Shown one piece after another: positions 61,760-64,000 of a DNA stretch of 64,000 nucleotides. The DNA comes from Caecitellus pseudoparvulus (Eukaryota > Protista > Bigyra: Bicosoecida): NCBI GenBank assembly GCA_965644315.1, contig CBFFRQ010000032.1, forward strand, positions 768,682 through 832,681, read 5' to 3'. Every line of letters begins with the position of its first letter. Positions within the stretch are counted from its first letter, which is position 1. The notes under the pieces were generated by a model. That model was not told the DNA's origin and made no database searches. It worked only from the letters and a program-made list of their open reading frames with translations. The position numbers and the translations under genes are program-made.

Positions 61760-63202
61760 ATGGCAGCCCAGGCCACCCATGCGAGACTGGCTTCCACCCC
61801 GCACAGGGCACACCACAGCTCACCCGAAGCAACGCGACGGGGCCGCAAGCGCAGACGCCAAACCGCGTCGGCACCCGACAGTGAGGGCGCTAGGGGAAGC
61901 CACAACTACCCCTGGGGTGCCCATGGTGCTTCCCGACTGCAGGCTTCGCTGGCCCCTCGATACGCTGACCATGCAAGCGGAGAACCGGGAAGTGAGGCCA
62001 GCGTGGCCCCCGCATACGCCCAAGCAAGCGCAGCGGCGGGAAGTGCAGCGACAGAGCAGACACGCCCACGTGCCGAAGTGGATGATGCTACCGTGCGGTA
62101 TGTGTATAGCTGGATGGCGCTGCGCATGGGCCTGTGGAGCGTGCCTGTGCGGGAGCTGACACCGCTGCTGTTTCTGGGCAACGCAGCAGGGGACGGCAGC
62201 AGCGCAGACCCGAGCGACTTGGCCGCCCTGCCCCAGCAGGCGGCGCGAATCACCACGCAGAGTTTCACCTTGCCGGCGTCGTTCACACCGAGGAGCCACA
62301 GAGTTGAAGTGCCCGCTGTGGGCCTGCGCCACGCAGGGCCGGGAGGGTGGGAGGTCTTGCCAGCGTGGCCTGCGCGAAGTGTGTACCTGTCAGTGAATGG
62401 CAAAGTGGTGCCCAGCCTGGCGCCTCCTGCCAGCTCACCCAGCGCGGGAGTGGACATTGCCTCCGCCTGTGTCCCAGGCAACAACTCCCTAAAGCTGTGC
62501 TGCTACGCGCCTGACGCCGTCGTGGCCCAGGTCCGCCTGGCGCGCATGCTGCCCCCCACCACCACACCCAGCGCCGTGGCTCGTGCAGCCCTGCGCAGCC
62601 TGCCTCACGCTGTCTGCACCATGGCCCTGCGCCTCGCCGCGGGGGGGGGTCTGGCCAGCGGAAGGGGGGGGCAGACGCCGCCGCCTGGTGCCCTTGCGGC
62701 GGCCAAGCGTGGGCAGCTGTCTGCGTGCCAGGCTGTGTTTGAGGCGATGGCGGAGTCACGGCGGGGCAAGAGCAGGGCGCTGGTGTGGGCAGTGGGGGCG
62801 AACGGTGATGCGGAAGTGATGGCCACTGGCGTGACCCTGTCCCTGGCTGACCCCCTGACTGGGGCCCCCTTGCAGTGGCCCGTGCGGGGACAACACTGCA
62901 CCCACGTCGCATGCATGGACCTCCAAGTACTGCTCACGGGGGCTGCGGAGGGCACACTGACCCTGCACACTGCTGGGTGCCTGGCCTGCCCCCTCTGTCG
63001 TGCGCCAGTGCACTGGAGCGAGCTGTGCCTGGACTCAGCCACGCTGGGCCTGCTGCATGCTGTACGGGGGGGGGCAACGCAGGGCACGCTTGGCCTGCTG
63101 CAGGCCCCCCCACCTGCCCAGGAAGTCGGCGGCGGGGAGGAGGGGGCGGCCCCTGTCAATGTTGCCGTTGACCACGATGGCTCCTGGACGCTCGTGCCGT
63201 GA
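61760..63202 (+). CDS. SP-RING/MIZ zinc-finger protein (PIAS/Siz/ZMIZ-like SUMO E3 ligase family)
   Basis: VTLSLADPLTGAPLQWPVRGQHCTHVACMDL...CPLC, the upstream WPARSVYLSVNG...VDI...GNNSLKL segment, and terminal VDHDGSW. Confidence 0.82.
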   Translation: MAAQATHARLASTPHRAHHSSPEATRRGRKRRRQTASAPDSEGARGSHNYPWGAHGASRLQASLAPRYADHASGEPGSEASVAPAYAQASAAAGSAATEQTRPRAEVDDATVRYVYSWMALRMGLWSVPVRELTPLLFLGNAAGDGSSADPSDLAALPQQAARITTQSFTLPASFTPRSHRVEVPAVGLRHAGPGGWEVLPAWPARSVYLSVNGKVVPSLAPPASSPSAGVDIASACVPGNNSLKLCCYAPDAVVAQVRLARMLPPTTTPSAVARAALRSLPHAVCTMALRLAAGGGLASGRGGQTPPPGALAAAKRGQLSACQAVFEAMAESRRGKSRALVWAVGANGDAEVMATGVTLSLADPLTGAPLQWPVRGQHCTHVACMDLQVLLTGAAEGTLTLHTAGCLACPLCRAPVHWSELCLDSATLGLLHAVRGGATQGTLGLLQAPPPAQEVGGGEEGAAPVNVAVDHDGSWTLVP

Positions 63203-63553
63203 CCGCAGGCACGCTGCAAAGTGGCGATCAGCGGAACCCAGCCACACCGTACTGCACGTGCACAGGGACCCAGTGCACCCCAGCAGCTCCCCTCCCCCTG
63301 CCGCGTGCAGGCTGGCGCCGCTTGCCGCAATGCAGACCCCTAGTACTGCTCAGCACGAGTGCCCACGAAGATGGTCACAGACGCGTCGCGCCAGTCTTGA
63401 CTTGCCGCGGGCCACAACAAAAGCACTGTGCACTCCTGCACGCTTTTCTTGGCATCCTTGTCTTTCCAACTCGCCACCTGGCATCGCCTGCACTGGGTCT
63501 GACCGTGGCCTTTGGCCCCCTGCGACGCGAGCGGAATCTGACACCACCACGCC

Positions 63554-64000
63554 ATGGCTGACAACAGCACTGCAGGGTCGTGGCTGGGTGACTGGCGGGC
63601 GGCTTGTGAAGTCCAGGGTGTGGATTGGCTGCTGGCGCTGCTGCATGCTGGCTCTTCTGGTGCCCAGTGCGGCATGGCGTCGCTGGCGCCGTCTGACATT
63701 GCCGAGGCAGCGCGTGTGGCTTGCTCGGAGCAGGCCATGCAACTGTTGCGTGAGCTGCTGGCAATCACTGCAAGCCGGGGCCTTGACATGGAGAGTACCT
63801 TTGGGGGTGCCTTTCGGACTGCGTGTGAGAGAGGCCGTGCAGACATCGTGCGTGAGTTGCTGAAGGTGGGAGGCGACAACAGCATCGATGCAAATGTGGA
63901 CGGGGGGTTTGGTCTCCGGGCTGCCTGCGCCAACGGCCACTTGGAGGTGGTGCACGAACTGCTGGCATTGGCAGGCGAAAGGGAAGTGGATGTCCATGCA
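63554..64000 (+). CDS. Ankyrin-repeat protein, same family as 23963-24500 (runs off the window)
   Basis: Manual translation MADNSTAGSW...GAFRTACERGRADIVRELLKVGGDNSIDANVDGGFGLRAACANGHLEVVHELLALAGEREVDVHA is open to the window end. Confidence 0.8.
   Translation, partial: MADNSTAGSWLGDWRAACEVQGVDWLLALLHAGSSGAQCGMASLAPSDIAEAARVACSEQAMQLLRELLAITASRGLDMESTFGGAFRTACERGRADIVRELLKVGGDNSIDANVDGGFGLRAACANGHLEVVHELLALAGEREVDVHA

Overview
Gene-dense, GC-rich eukaryotic DNA with short GT-AG introns (about 60-120 nt). It probably comes from a flagellated heterotrophic protist, most likely a stramenopile, given a ciliary FAM166-like gene and a 9-TM cadherin. About 22 protein-coding genes can be modelled: a PUF60-like RRM protein, APC10, SHMT, ankyrin proteins, a FAM166-like protein, a PDZ protein, a BAR-myotubularin fusion, a GH18 hydrolase, a coiled-coil protein, an FHA-F-box-LRR protein, a kinesin, an OSCA/TMEM63-like channel, a RibD-C reductase, a giant cadherin/TIG 9-TM protein, an importin-alpha-like protein, Sec24 and an SP-RING protein. 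The best candidate for an undescribed system is an accessory-looking convergent gene pair at 17.6-23.7 kb. Gene A is a Crinkler/RHS-like P-loop NTPase plus restriction-endonuclease-fold protein. Its N-terminal helical domain is homologous to four tandem repeats that make up most of neighbouring gene B, and a phase-0 intron sits at the same position in A and in three of the B repeats. A second highlight is a U2 snRNA gene at 4082-4273 with intact structure but altered branch-point-recognition and Sm-site sequences. All domain calls come from motif recognition by eye; no searches were run.
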